Source: Lacunisphaera sp. (GTDB taxonomy: Bacteria; Verrucomicrobiota; Verrucomicrobiia; Opitutales; Opitutaceae). Taken from it: DNA of 64,000 nt. Below the pieces are notes generated by a model. The model did no database searches, had not been told where the DNA came from, and saw only the letters and a program-made list of their open reading frames with translations. The DNA lies in NCBI GenBank assembly GCA_029945445.1, contig JAQSCO010000014.1, forward strand, positions 161,755 to 225,754. The letters are read 5' to 3'. Made by a program: the position numbers and the translations under genes. Within the stretch, counting starts at the first letter, position 1; each line of letters starts with the position of its first letter. Shown here piece after piece: positions 17,775-26,505 of this stretch.

Positions 17775-19256
17775 GTGCGCGCGCTGAAGATCCTTTTCGT
17801 CACGCCCGAGGTCGAGCCGTTCGTCAAGGTCGGCGGGCTGGCGGACATGGTCGGCGCGCTGCCCAAGGAGTTGGCGGCGCTGGGCCACGACGTGCGCATT
17901 GTCTGCCCGGCCTATGGCTCGGTGAAGCGGGTGGGCGAGTGGCGCGCGCGGCCGGACGCGCTCGGGGTCGACGTCGGCCGGACGGCGCAGTGGGCCCGGA
18001 CCTGGGAGACGGTGCTGCCCGGCTCGGCGGTGCCGGTGTATTTCCTGGAAAACCAGGATTTCTTCGGGGCGGCCGAGGTCTACGACAGCCCGTGGGGCGC
18101 GCGGGAGGACAACGACATGCGGTTTGCCTTTTTGTCGCGCGGCGCGCTCGCGCTCTGCCAGCAGCTGGGGTGGGTGCCCGACGTGATGCACTGCCACGAC
18201 TGGACGACCGGCCTCCTGCCCGTGATGCTCAACACGATCTTGCGCGACACGCCGCTCGGCCGCGCCGCGACGGTCTTCACCATCCACAACCTCGAGCACC
18301 AGGGCTACTCGCCGGCCCGCGTGGTCAATTTCGCGCGGCTGCCGTGGGGGGATTTTCACCGCGACCAGCTCGTGGTGGGCGGCGAGGTGAACCTGATGAA
18401 GACGGGGCTCTTCCACGCCACGAAGCTCACGACCGTCAGCCCGACCTACGCCAACGAGATCCGGACGCGGGGCGGCGGCTTCGGGCTCGACCCGGTGCTG
18501 CGCTTCCGCGCGGGCGACCTCGTGGGCATCGTCAACGGCATCGACGACACCGCGTGGGACCCGGCGCGCGACCCGGCGCTGCCCGCGAACTATTCCGCCG
18601 CGGACCTGGCGGGCAAGGCCGTCTGCAAGGCGGCGCTGCAGGAGCATTTTGCCCTCGAGGTGAATCCCCGCGTGCCGCTCTTCGGCGTGGTGTCGCGGCT
18701 GGCCACGCAGAAGGGCCTCGACCTGCTGGCCGACGCGCTGCCGCACATCATGGACCGGATGAAGGTGCAGATCGTCCTGCTCGGCAGCGGCGATCATGGG
18801 CTCGAGGGCAGTTTCAAGTGGGCGACGCACGCCTACCGCGGGCGGTTCGGGGCGCACCTCGGCTTTGACGGCAAGCTCGCGCGGCGCATCCAGGCCGGCG
18901 GCGATTTTTTCCTCATGCCGAGCCGGGCCGAGCCGTGCGGGCTCACGCAGATGTATGCCATGCGCTACGGGACGCTCCCGATCGTGCGCGCGACCGGCGG
19001 GCTGGTGGACACCGTCGAGAACTTCGCGCAAGGCCAGGGGCGCGGCACGGGCTTTGTTTTCCAGGATCCGACCGCCGCCGCGATCTTCAATACCGTGGGC
19101 TGGGCCTGCGCGACCTACTACGACCGGCCGGCGGAAATCGCCGGGCTGCAGCAGCGCGCCATGGCGCAGGATTTTTCGTGGCGCCGGAGCGCGGCCGAGT
19201 ATGTCCAGACCTACGGCTGGGCCATCGAGCGCCGCACCGGACGCAAACCGGGGTAA
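17775..19256 (+). CDS. glgA: Glycogen synthase (GT5)
   Basis: KVGGLADMVGALP, HCHDW, FTIHNLEHQG, VSRLATQKG, MPSRAEPCGLTQMYAMRYGT, TGGLVDTV. GTG start 17775 preferred. Confidence 0.95.
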   Translation: MRALKILFVTPEVEPFVKVGGLADMVGALPKELAALGHDVRIVCPAYGSVKRVGEWRARPDALGVDVGRTAQWARTWETVLPGSAVPVYFLENQDFFGAAEVYDSPWGAREDNDMRFAFLSRGALALCQQLGWVPDVMHCHDWTTGLLPVMLNTILRDTPLGRAATVFTIHNLEHQGYSPARVVNFARLPWGDFHRDQLVVGGEVNLMKTGLFHATKLTTVSPTYANEIRTRGGGFGLDPVLRFRAGDLVGIVNGIDDTAWDPARDPALPANYSAADLAGKAVCKAALQEHFALEVNPRVPLFGVVSRLATQKGLDLLADALPHIMDRMKVQIVLLGSGDHGLEGSFKWATHAYRGRFGAHLGFDGKLARRIQAGGDFFLMPSRAEPCGLTQMYAMRYGTLPIVRATGGLVDTVENFAQGQGRGTGFVFQDPTAAAIFNTVGWACATYYDRPAEIAGLQQRAMAQDFSWRRSAAEYVQTYGWAIERRTGRKPG

Positions 19257-19339
19257 TCCCCCGGGGAACGTAACCCCGGGGAAATGGTCTCGTCATAACC
19301 AACGCCGGTGCCCTAGCCTGTGTGCACCGTCCTCCCTGC

Positions 19340-20002
19340 ATGAACACCCCATCCTTATCGCGCCTTGCCCTGCTGCTTTTGGCGGGATTGCCCGGGGCGG
19401 CCGGGGCGGCCGACTGGCAGTCGCTGCTGGGCAATTCCCCGTTCGGGGCGACGGGGCCGGCGACCACGGCGGCGACCGGCGACCTCGAGTTCCGCGGCGT
19501 GGTGCAGGAGGAGGGGGTTTATCTCGTCAATCTCTACAACCCCGCGACCAAGACCTCGCAATGGGTCCCCGTCAGCGGCAAGGTCCCGGGCCTCGAGGTG
19601 AAGTCCTACGACGCCGACGCCGACAAGGTGTCGATCACCCAGGCCGGCCGCGCACTTACCCTGCCGATGAAACAGGCGCGGGTCACTTTGGTCGCCGCGG
19701 CCGCGGCTCCCGCCGGGGGCAAGGGGGCGGAAGGCGAGAACGCCAACGGCAATGCTCCTGGCGATGACCAGGAGACACGCCGCGCCCAGATCCGCGACAT
19801 GATCCGCGCGCGCCTGCAAGGCGGCCCGAACGGCGAGCCCTCGCCGCTCATGCGCAACCTGCCGCCCGAGGCGCAGGCAATGATCGAGGAATACCGCCGC
19901 CGCCGCGCCGAGAGTGGCGGCAACGGCAACAACGGTGAGCCGGCGGTCCCGGGCCAGGGTCAGCAGGGCCAGCGGGTTCGCCGCGAGCGCCCGCAAAAAT
20001 GA
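19340..20002 (+). CDS. Exported hypothetical protein, candidate GspC/PilP-like T2SS component
   Basis: Signal peptide, NSPFG, then beta-rich LEFRGVV...YLVNLYN...WV segment; first gene of the pseudopilin operon. Confidence 0.6.
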   Translation: MNTPSLSRLALLLLAGLPGAAGAADWQSLLGNSPFGATGPATTAATGDLEFRGVVQEEGVYLVNLYNPATKTSQWVPVSGKVPGLEVKSYDADADKVSITQAGRALTLPMKQARVTLVAAAAAPAGGKGAEGENANGNAPGDDQETRRAQIRDMIRARLQGGPNGEPSPLMRNLPPEAQAMIEEYRRRRAESGGNGNNGEPAVPGQGQQGQRVRRERPQK

Positions 20003-20009
20003 TTTTCCC

Positions 20010-20456
20010 ATGATGCGTTCCACTCTTCTGCGCCCCGGTGCCCGCCGCCGCGGTTTCACGGTCCTCGAAATCCTGGTGGTGCTCGCCATCATCGGCCTGA
20101 TGCTCGGCCTGGTCGTGACCAACACCGACAAGCTCTTCGGCCAGGGCCAGGAGGCGGTCGCGCGGATCTTTGTGCGCGACTCCATCAAGACCCCGCTCAC
20201 CCGCTACCGCATTGACGTGGGCGACTACCCGGCGACCAACGAGGGCCTGGCGGCTCTGCTCGTCGCGCCCGCCAACGTGGCCGACAAGTGGCACGGCCCC
20301 TACCTGGATCTCCCCGGCGGCAAGGCGCCGGTCGATCCCTGGGGCCAGCCCTACGAATACCGTTACCCCGGCGTGAAGAACGTCGGCGGCTACGACGTGT
20401 ATTCCAAGGGCGTCGACAAGACGGCCGACACCGCCGACGACATCGGCAACTGGTGA
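20010..20456 (+). CDS. gspG: T2SS major pseudopilin
   Basis: RRRG|FTVLEILVVLAIIG prepilin motif; YRIDVGDYP, W.GPYL, DPWGQPYEY, SKGVD. Confidence 0.93.
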   Translation: MMRSTLLRPGARRRGFTVLEILVVLAIIGLMLGLVVTNTDKLFGQGQEAVARIFVRDSIKTPLTRYRIDVGDYPATNEGLAALLVAPANVADKWHGPYLDLPGGKAPVDPWGQPYEYRYPGVKNVGGYDVYSKGVDKTADTADDIGNW

Positions 20457-20959
20457 TGTTCCGCGGCCGCTCCAGCGGGGGCCTGCACCGCTCCAGGGCC
20501 TTTTCGCTGCTGGAGATCCTGGTGGTGCTCGCGTTGTTCGGGCTCATCTCCGCGCTGCTCATCGGCGGCAGCAGCGCGCTGTTGAAGACGGTCACGACCG
20601 ACGACGTCCAGAACACCACGCTCAGCGCCATCGCCGCCGCGCGCCACAGCTCCGTGCTGGCCGGCCGCCCGCTGGAGTTCCGCTACGACGACAAGGCCCG
20701 CGTGCTCAACTGGGGCGCGGGCTCGGCCGCGCTCGCGGGTGAGGGCCACGTGCGGTTGCTGCCGGTGGTGAAGACCTCCTCGATCCTGGTCGGCGGCCAG
20801 TTGCTCGAGTCGCCGCTGGCCCGCGTGCGCTTTTACCCCGACGGCACCTGCGATCCCTTCCGGCTCGAGATCGTGCGCGATGCCGTCAGCCAGATCCTGA
20901 GCATCGACCCGTGGACCTGCACCGCGCTCTCCCCGGAGGCCAGCCCGGGGCACCACTGA
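20456..20959 (+). CDS. gspH: T2SS minor pseudopilin (GspH-like)
   Basis: RSRA|FSLLEILVVLALFG; VRFYPDGT; follows gspG. Confidence 0.75.
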   Translation: MFRGRSSGGLHRSRAFSLLEILVVLALFGLISALLIGGSSALLKTVTTDDVQNTTLSAIAAARHSSVLAGRPLEFRYDDKARVLNWGAGSAALAGEGHVRLLPVVKTSSILVGGQLLESPLARVRFYPDGTCDPFRLEIVRDAVSQILSIDPWTCTALSPEASPGHH

Positions 20960-20960
20960 G

Positions 20961-21425
20961 ATGCGCGCGTTCTCGTCCAGTCTTTCGCTTCGGGCCTTCA
21001 CCTTCATCGAGGTGATGGTGGCGCTGATGATCTTCGCCCTCTCGGGCGTCGTGCTGGCCTCGTCCTACGTCAACGTCCTCAACGCCCACCAGGCCGCGCT
21101 GCACCGCGACGACCATGCCGGCGACCGCCGGCTCGTGCGCGAGGCGCTGCGGGCCGAGCCCGCGGTCGACAAGGTCACCGCCTGGAACGCGCTCACGCTG
21201 CCCGACGATCGCTCCGCCCGCTGGCGCGCCACCCTGACGCCAACCCCGGTGGCCGACCTCTTCGATGTCTCGCTCGAGATCGAGCTGACCGACGGCGACG
21301 GCAAGAAGCTCCCGACCATCACCGAGACCTGCCGGCTGCTCCGGCCGACCTGGTCCCAACCCGCCGACCGCGAGACCCTGCGCGCCGCCGCCCGCAGCAA
21401 CCTCGCCAAGCGCACCTACCAATGA
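20961..21425 (+). CDS. gspI: T2SS minor pseudopilin (GspI-like)
   Basis: SLRA|FTFIEVMVALMIFA prepilin motif and operon position. Confidence 0.72.
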   Translation: MRAFSSSLSLRAFTFIEVMVALMIFALSGVVLASSYVNVLNAHQAALHRDDHAGDRRLVREALRAEPAVDKVTAWNALTLPDDRSARWRATLTPTPVADLFDVSLEIELTDGDGKKLPTITETCRLLRPTWSQPADRETLRAAARSNLAKRTYQ

Positions 21426-22111
21426 AGCGCTATCGTAGCAGCGCGCTTGCCGCGCCGAAGCTCCGCCGGAGCGCAGGCGGGTTCACCCTCATCGAGGTCC
21501 TGCTCGCGCTCGCGCTGCTGGCGGCGCTGCTGCTGTCGATCAACCAGTTCGTCTTCTCCATCACCGAGGCGTGGACCAAGAACCAGGACCAGTTCATTTT
21601 CGTGCAGCACACGCGCGCGGTCACCCGCCACATCGACGAGCTGCTCCAGGTTGCCGTGGCCAACGCCCGCGCCGGGTCGCCCGCCGCCGGCGCGCCCGCG
21701 GGGGCCGAGGTGAAGACGCCCGAGGGCTCCAGCGCCGACCTGATCACTTTCGACCTGCCGATGGGCGACCGGCTGTTCGTCTGGCCGGCCGCGCCGCTGC
21801 CCGAGGTGCAATGCGCGCTCGCCTGGCGCAAGGACGACGGGCTCGTCCTCTACTGGAAGTCCCGCCTCGAGGCCGACTTTGCCGACGCGAACCCGCGCAT
21901 GGCGGTGCTCTCGCCGTTCGTGACCGCGCTGACCTACGACTACTACGACGCGACGACGGACACCTGGTCTACCGAGGAGGCGCTGCAGAAGGATTCCGGC
22001 GGCAACTTCGAGGCGCCGAAGCGCATCCGCCTGAAATTCCACCGCAAGGACCGTGACTACGAGGAGATCATCACGCTCCCCGTGATCACGCAGGGGTTGC
22101 CGGCTTACTGA
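21422..22111 (+). CDS. gspJ: T2SS minor pseudopilin (GspJ-like)
   Basis: AGG|FTLIEVLLALALLA; C-terminal P.RIRLKF; operon position. Confidence 0.75.
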   Translation: MKRYRSSALAAPKLRRSAGGFTLIEVLLALALLAALLLSINQFVFSITEAWTKNQDQFIFVQHTRAVTRHIDELLQVAVANARAGSPAAGAPAGAEVKTPEGSSADLITFDLPMGDRLFVWPAAPLPEVQCALAWRKDDGLVLYWKSRLEADFADANPRMAVLSPFVTALTYDYYDATTDTWSTEEALQKDSGGNFEAPKRIRLKFHRKDRDYEEIITLPVITQGLPAY

Positions 22112-22113
22112 CG

Positions 22114-23253
22114 ATGAAGCGGCATCGATTCATTTCCTGTCTTTTTGCCGTGCGTCCCCGCGGCTCCGTCGTCGTCGTCGTGCTCGTCACGCTGCTCTTC
22201 GCCTCGCTGCTGCTCACGCGCCTGATCGAGACCAGCAGCACCGACCTGCTCATCGCCATGCGCGTGGCGGACCGCGACCGGCTGCGGGCCGACGCCTACG
22301 GCGCGATGGAGACCACGCTCGCGGCGCTGGTGGATTTCCGCACGATCGACGGCGGACTCTACGCGCCGGTGCAGGGCTGGGGCGATCCGCTCACCTACGC
22401 CGGTTACACGCCGCGCGAGGGCGTGACCGTGGCGGTCGCCTTCGAGGATGAGAGCGCCAAGCTCTCGCTGCCGCGCATCAACCTCGACACGCTCAACACG
22501 CTGCTCGTCCAGCTCGGCCTGTCGGTGCCCGACGCCGCGCGTGTAGCCGACGCGATGTTCGTCTGGATGCGCACCGGCCACATTGCGGCGGAGACGGCGA
22601 CCAGCGCGACGGTGTATGAGCGGCAGGATCCGCCCTCGCAGCCGCCCTACCGGTCGCTGCGCTCGTTCGACGAGGTCGCGGACATCGCGGTGGCGAAGGA
22701 TTTCTTCTACGACGCCGACGGCCAGCCGAAGCAGCTGCTGGCCGACTTCATAGCGGCCGTGTCGCTCTACCAGTTCAACTCGACCAACCTCAATTCCGCC
22801 AACCCGACCGTGCTCGCCGCGACGGGCTGGGACACCACGCAGACCGGCTCGCTGCAGAAATACCTGGCCACGCCGGTGAGCGCGACGAAGACCCGGCCCT
22901 ACATCCGCACGCTGGCAGAGGCGCGCCGGCAGGTGGGCAACGCGCCCGGCCGCAACCTCGGCGCGCAGATCCAGCTCCTCCGCATCACCGTGACCGCCCG
23001 CCAGGGTGCGGCGCAGCTGAAGGTGTCCACGCTGGTCACCTGGGCCGGGCAGGCGGCGTTCCCGGCGTCGCTCGCCGCCACCGCCGCGAGCGCTGCGGGT
23101 GCAACCAACCAGCGCACCACGGCGTCTAACAATACCCAGGCCCAGACGGCGGCCGCCAACTCGAATACATTGCGGTATCCGTATACGGTGTTAGAACTTT
23201 CCGAAACCAGCCTTCCCGACCCACCGCCCCCGCCCGATGCGCCTGCTGCCTAA
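22114..23253 (+). CDS. gspK: T2SS minor pseudopilin GspK
   Basis: RPRG|SVVVVVLVTLL lacking Glu+5 (GspK hallmark); DESAKLSL, LRSFDEV, NLNSAN..VL. Confidence 0.85.
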   Translation: MKRHRFISCLFAVRPRGSVVVVVLVTLLFASLLLTRLIETSSTDLLIAMRVADRDRLRADAYGAMETTLAALVDFRTIDGGLYAPVQGWGDPLTYAGYTPREGVTVAVAFEDESAKLSLPRINLDTLNTLLVQLGLSVPDAARVADAMFVWMRTGHIAAETATSATVYERQDPPSQPPYRSLRSFDEVADIAVAKDFFYDADGQPKQLLADFIAAVSLYQFNSTNLNSANPTVLAATGWDTTQTGSLQKYLATPVSATKTRPYIRTLAEARRQVGNAPGRNLGAQIQLLRITVTARQGAAQLKVSTLVTWAGQAAFPASLAATAASAAGATNQRTTASNNTQAQTAAANSNTLRYPYTVLELSETSLPDPPPPPDAPAA

Positions 23254-24379
23254 TTTCACGCTCCGCTCCTCCGTCGCGGCGCAATTCGCCCCGGCCGACC
23301 GGTTCTTCCTGCGCTTCGTGCCGCTCGCACCCGACCTGCCCGCGCTGGCGCAGGCGGAACTCGCACTCGAGGGTCTCGCGCCGTTCCCGCCGGCCCAGCT
23401 CTACTGGGGCTGCTGCGTGTCGCCCGACCGCACGTCGGCGCTGGTCTACGCCGCGCACCGCCGCCGCTTCACGCCGGAGGAGACCACCGCGTGGGAGACC
23501 GCCGCCCTCGCCGTGCCCGACCTGCTCCCGCTGCTCGGTGCGCCGACCAGCGGCTATGGTTTGCTCATTCACGCCGGGGAAACCCGCCTGGGCGGCGCGG
23601 CCTGGACTGCCGGGGCGGCGTGGCCGGCCGCGGTGCACGCGCGCGATTACGGCGCGGCGCCCACCGAGGACAACCGGCGCGCCTTTGCGGCCGAGCTCGC
23701 GGCGAAGGCCCGGCTCGCCGATGCGCCGGCCCGGTTCGTCACCGGCACGCCGCGCGCGCGGCGCGAGGGCGACAAGCTGATCTTTGAACTGGCCGACGCC
23801 GCGGGCGCGGTCGTCGCCGCCACGACCGTGGCGCTCGCCGACCAGGATGCGCTCGATGTCCGCGACCGCGCCTTCCTCGACCGGCGCCGGCGCGACCGGC
23901 GCCGCGGCGAGTTCATCTGGCGGCTCTTCCTCGCCGGCGGGGCCGCGGCCGCGCTCGCGCTGCTGCTCGAGCTCGGCGCGGTGACCTTCGGCCTGCTCGA
24001 CCGCGCGCTGCACGGGCGCATCGCCGCGCAGGCCCCGGGCGTCGAGAAACTCGAAACCGCCCACGGGCTCACCAGCCGCATCGACGAGCTGACGCACCGC
24101 CGGCTCCACTTTTTTGAGATGCTCGCGGCCATCAACGCTCCGCGGCCCAAGTCCATCAGCTTCAACCGCACCGGCACCAGCGGGCGCAACACGCTCGAGA
24201 TCGAGGCGCAGACCGGCAGCGCGGACGACGTCGGCCTCTACGAGACGACCCTGCGGGCGATGGCCGTGCTCGACAGGGTCGAGATCAGGGACCTCCGCGC
24301 CCGCGACGGCGTGACGACCTTTGTCCTGACCGTGGCCTTCAAGCCGGAAACGAACGCCGGCACGGGAGGGGCCCCATGA
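23237..24379 (+). CDS. gspL: GspL/PilN-like assembly platform protein
   Basis: Cytoplasmic domain, single TM, PilN-like C-terminal domain; lies between gspK and gspM. Confidence 0.65.
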   Translation: MRLLPNFTLRSSVAAQFAPADRFFLRFVPLAPDLPALAQAELALEGLAPFPPAQLYWGCCVSPDRTSALVYAAHRRRFTPEETTAWETAALAVPDLLPLLGAPTSGYGLLIHAGETRLGGAAWTAGAAWPAAVHARDYGAAPTEDNRRAFAAELAAKARLADAPARFVTGTPRARREGDKLIFELADAAGAVVAATTVALADQDALDVRDRAFLDRRRRDRRRGEFIWRLFLAGGAAAALALLLELGAVTFGLLDRALHGRIAAQAPGVEKLETAHGLTSRIDELTHRRLHFFEMLAAINAPRPKSISFNRTGTSGRNTLEIEAQTGSADDVGLYETTLRAMAVLDRVEIRDLRARDGVTTFVLTVAFKPETNAGTGGAP

Positions 24380-24900
24380 GTAGCTGGTTCCAATCCCGCA
24401 ACCGCCGCGAGCAGCTGCTCGTGACGCTCTTCGTCATCATGGGCGCGCTCATCTGGCTGAGCAGCGCCGCCGGCCGCCTGAACACGCGCCTGTCGACCTG
24501 GCGCTCGACGCACACCGACCTCGGCGCGCAGCAGCTCTGGCTCGACCGGCAGAAGGAGATTGAGGAGTCGTCGCTCGCCGCCGTGCGCAACCTCGACCCC
24601 GCGCGCACCTTCGACGCCACGAAGCTCGTCGCGACCGTCACGTCGCTCGCCAGCGGCGCGAGCCTGCAGCCCACGATCGACTCGCCGGTGACGCAGCGCA
24701 CGAACCAATTCGCCCTGCACACGATCAAGGTCACGTTCCGCCGCGCCAACCTGCCGGCGCTGCTGAATTTCTACGACGAGCTGAGCAAGCAGGCGCCCTA
24801 CCTGAACCTGGAGTCTGTGGCCCTGCAGACTGACCGCAGCGCCGCCGGCGCGCTCAACGCGACGCTGCAGATCTCGGCGACGCAGATCGTGAAGCCGTGA
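24376..24900 (+). CDS. gspM: GspM/PilO-like protein
   Basis: RNRREQLLV N-terminal motif, TM, coiled coil, ferredoxin-like C-terminus. Confidence 0.75.
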   Translation: MSSWFQSRNRREQLLVTLFVIMGALIWLSSAAGRLNTRLSTWRSTHTDLGAQQLWLDRQKEIEESSLAAVRNLDPARTFDATKLVATVTSLASGASLQPTIDSPVTQRTNQFALHTIKVTFRRANLPALLNFYDELSKQAPYLNLESVALQTDRSAAGALNATLQISATQIVKP

Positions 24901-24975
24901 AGTAAGACACTTGTAGGTCTAACGGCCTTTCTTTTGCGCTCCCCTAAGCGAATCAGTAGACGGCTAAACTCTGGC

Positions 24976-25178
24976 ATGAAAAACGAAGCAGTTTATCTTA
25001 CCATTATTCCGTAGGTACTATTCTACTCCTTGGATTTGGCATTCGCGGGATTATGCGAAAGGGGCGGGATTTTATAAAGAAAGAACTCCAGCAAGCCGCT
25101 GTAATATTAGCAGTAGGCGAGTTGGTCTCTGGGCTCATGTATCTCGGATATTTAATATACGTTTTTTGGTTTCGCTAA
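24976..25178 (+). pseudogene. Frameshifted AT-rich small two-TM ORF
   Basis: ATG 24976 gives MKNEAVYLTIIP*; a -1 shift near 25008 continues SVGTILLLGFGIRGIMRKGRDFIKKELQQAAVILAVGELVSGLMYLGYLIYVFWFR* (TAA 25176-25178). Confidence 0.45.
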
Positions 25179-25209
25179 GACCGAGCCAACAGACGCAGCA
25201 AAAAGAGGA

Positions 25210-26433
25210 TCACAGCCGGAAGCTCGCGCTGACCTGGAAGAGCGCGGTGACGATCGCGTAGGCTAGAAAAGCGACGAAGCCGAAGGTGGCGAAGAGCACG
25301 GTGCCGGACATCAGGCGCGTGGCGTTCTGCAGTCGGCGGGAGAGGTCCGCCTGGTAGGATTGCGCGATCTGCCGGAGGCTGGGGGCGAGGTGGCCGGTCT
25401 GCTCGCCGACGGCGAGGCGGTCGAGGAAGAGCGGCGGCATCAGGTTGGTGCGTTGCAGCGACGCGCAGAGGCTGGCGCCCTCGATCACGCGGTCGGTCGC
25501 CTCGTGGAGGATTTCCTGCACCTTGGTGTTTTCCACCGCGCGCTCGGTCAGGCGCAGCGCCTCGGCGGTCGTCACGCCGTTCTCGATCAGCACGGCGAGC
25601 GTGTGGGCGAAGTTGAGGACGGCGGCCTGGATGACGAAGTCCTTCACGATGGGCACCCGCAGCAGCCACGCGTCGGACTGCCTGCGGCCCTCGGGCGTCA
25701 GCCGCCAGCGCAGGAAGAATGCGCCCGTGATGAAGGCCGCGACCGCGACGAACGGCCCAACGTAGAGGATGAAGTGCGAGCCGTTGACCAGCAGCCGGGT
25801 GGCGAAGGGCAGGTGGCCGCCGAGCGAGCCGAGCAGCGTCTGCAGGCGCGGCACGAGGAAGATGAGCAGGAACACCACCACGCCGCCGCCGAGGCAGCAG
25901 ATAAATGCCGGGTAGGCGAGGGTCGCGAGGAACTTCTGGCGCAGATCGCGCTGCTCGGTGAAATGCTGGATGAGCCGCGCGAGCACTTCCTTCAGGTTGC
26001 CGGTGGCCTCGCCGGCGGCGATGAGGTTGACCGTCTGCCGGTCGAACACCTCGGGGTGCGCACCCATCGCCTGGGAGAGCGTGCTGCCTTCGCCGAGGCG
26101 GCCCCAAAGCGAGGCGCAGAGGGATTTCAATTTTGGCTCCTGCAGGCGCACGCCGAGCAGGCGCACGGCCTCGCCGGCGGAAAGGCCGGCGTTGACGAGA
26201 TCCACGAGTGCCTCGAGGAAAGGCAGGCGCTCCTTCGTGGTCAGACGCTTGGTCGTGACGGCGTCACTGGATCCGGCGGCCGGTCGTGCCGCGCTGCCTT
26301 CCTCGTCGAGCCGGACGACCTGCAGGCCGCGGGCCTGGAGAATGTGCAGGGCCTCGCGCCGCGAAAGGGCGTCGAGCTTGCCGTCGGCGGCGGGCGAACC
26401 CGGAGAGCGGGCGGTATAGGTGTAGCGAGGCAT
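25210..26433 (-). CDS. gspF: T2SS inner-membrane platform protein GspF/PilC
   Basis: Two T2SSF repeats (AGEATGNL, VGEQTGHL), LAYP, three TM segments. Confidence 0.92.
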   Translation of the reverse strand: MPRYTYTARSPGSPAADGKLDALSRREALHILQARGLQVVRLDEEGSAARPAAGSSDAVTTKRLTTKERLPFLEALVDLVNAGLSAGEAVRLLGVRLQEPKLKSLCASLWGRLGEGSTLSQAMGAHPEVFDRQTVNLIAAGEATGNLKEVLARLIQHFTEQRDLRQKFLATLAYPAFICCLGGGVVVFLLIFLVPRLQTLLGSLGGHLPFATRLLVNGSHFILYVGPFVAVAAFITGAFFLRWRLTPEGRRQSDAWLLRVPIVKDFVIQAAVLNFAHTLAVLIENGVTTAEALRLTERAVENTKVQEILHEATDRVIEGASLCASLQRTNLMPPLFLDRLAVGEQTGHLAPSLRQIAQSYQADLSRRLQNATRLMSGTVLFATFGFVAFLAYAIVTALFQVSASFRL

Positions 26434-26439
26434 GCCGAG

Positions 26440-26503
26440 AGGTTTAAGGGATAAGGTTTAAGCTGTAAGGGTTCTTAAAACTTAAACCTTAAAACTTACA
26501 GCT
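26440..26503. repeat. AT-rich inverted repeat with heptamer-periodic arms (NNTAAG)
   Basis: tttaagg-gataagg-tttaagc-tgtaagg versus cttaaaa-cttaaac-cttaaaa-cttacag; perfect AGCTGTAAG (26461-26469) / CTTACAGCT (26495-26503). Confidence 0.8.
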
Positions 26504-26505
26504 GA

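Noticed and set aside
19245-19285. Three CCGGGG[T/A]A repeats after glgA
   Set aside because: Short, GC-rich and partly within the glgA end; plausible by chance.
24917-25190. Integron cassette interpretation of the AT-rich insert (GTCTAAC fits RYYYAAC)
   Set aside because: No matching GTTRRRY at attC distance, no paired L boxes, wrong position relative to the ORF, and no integrase.
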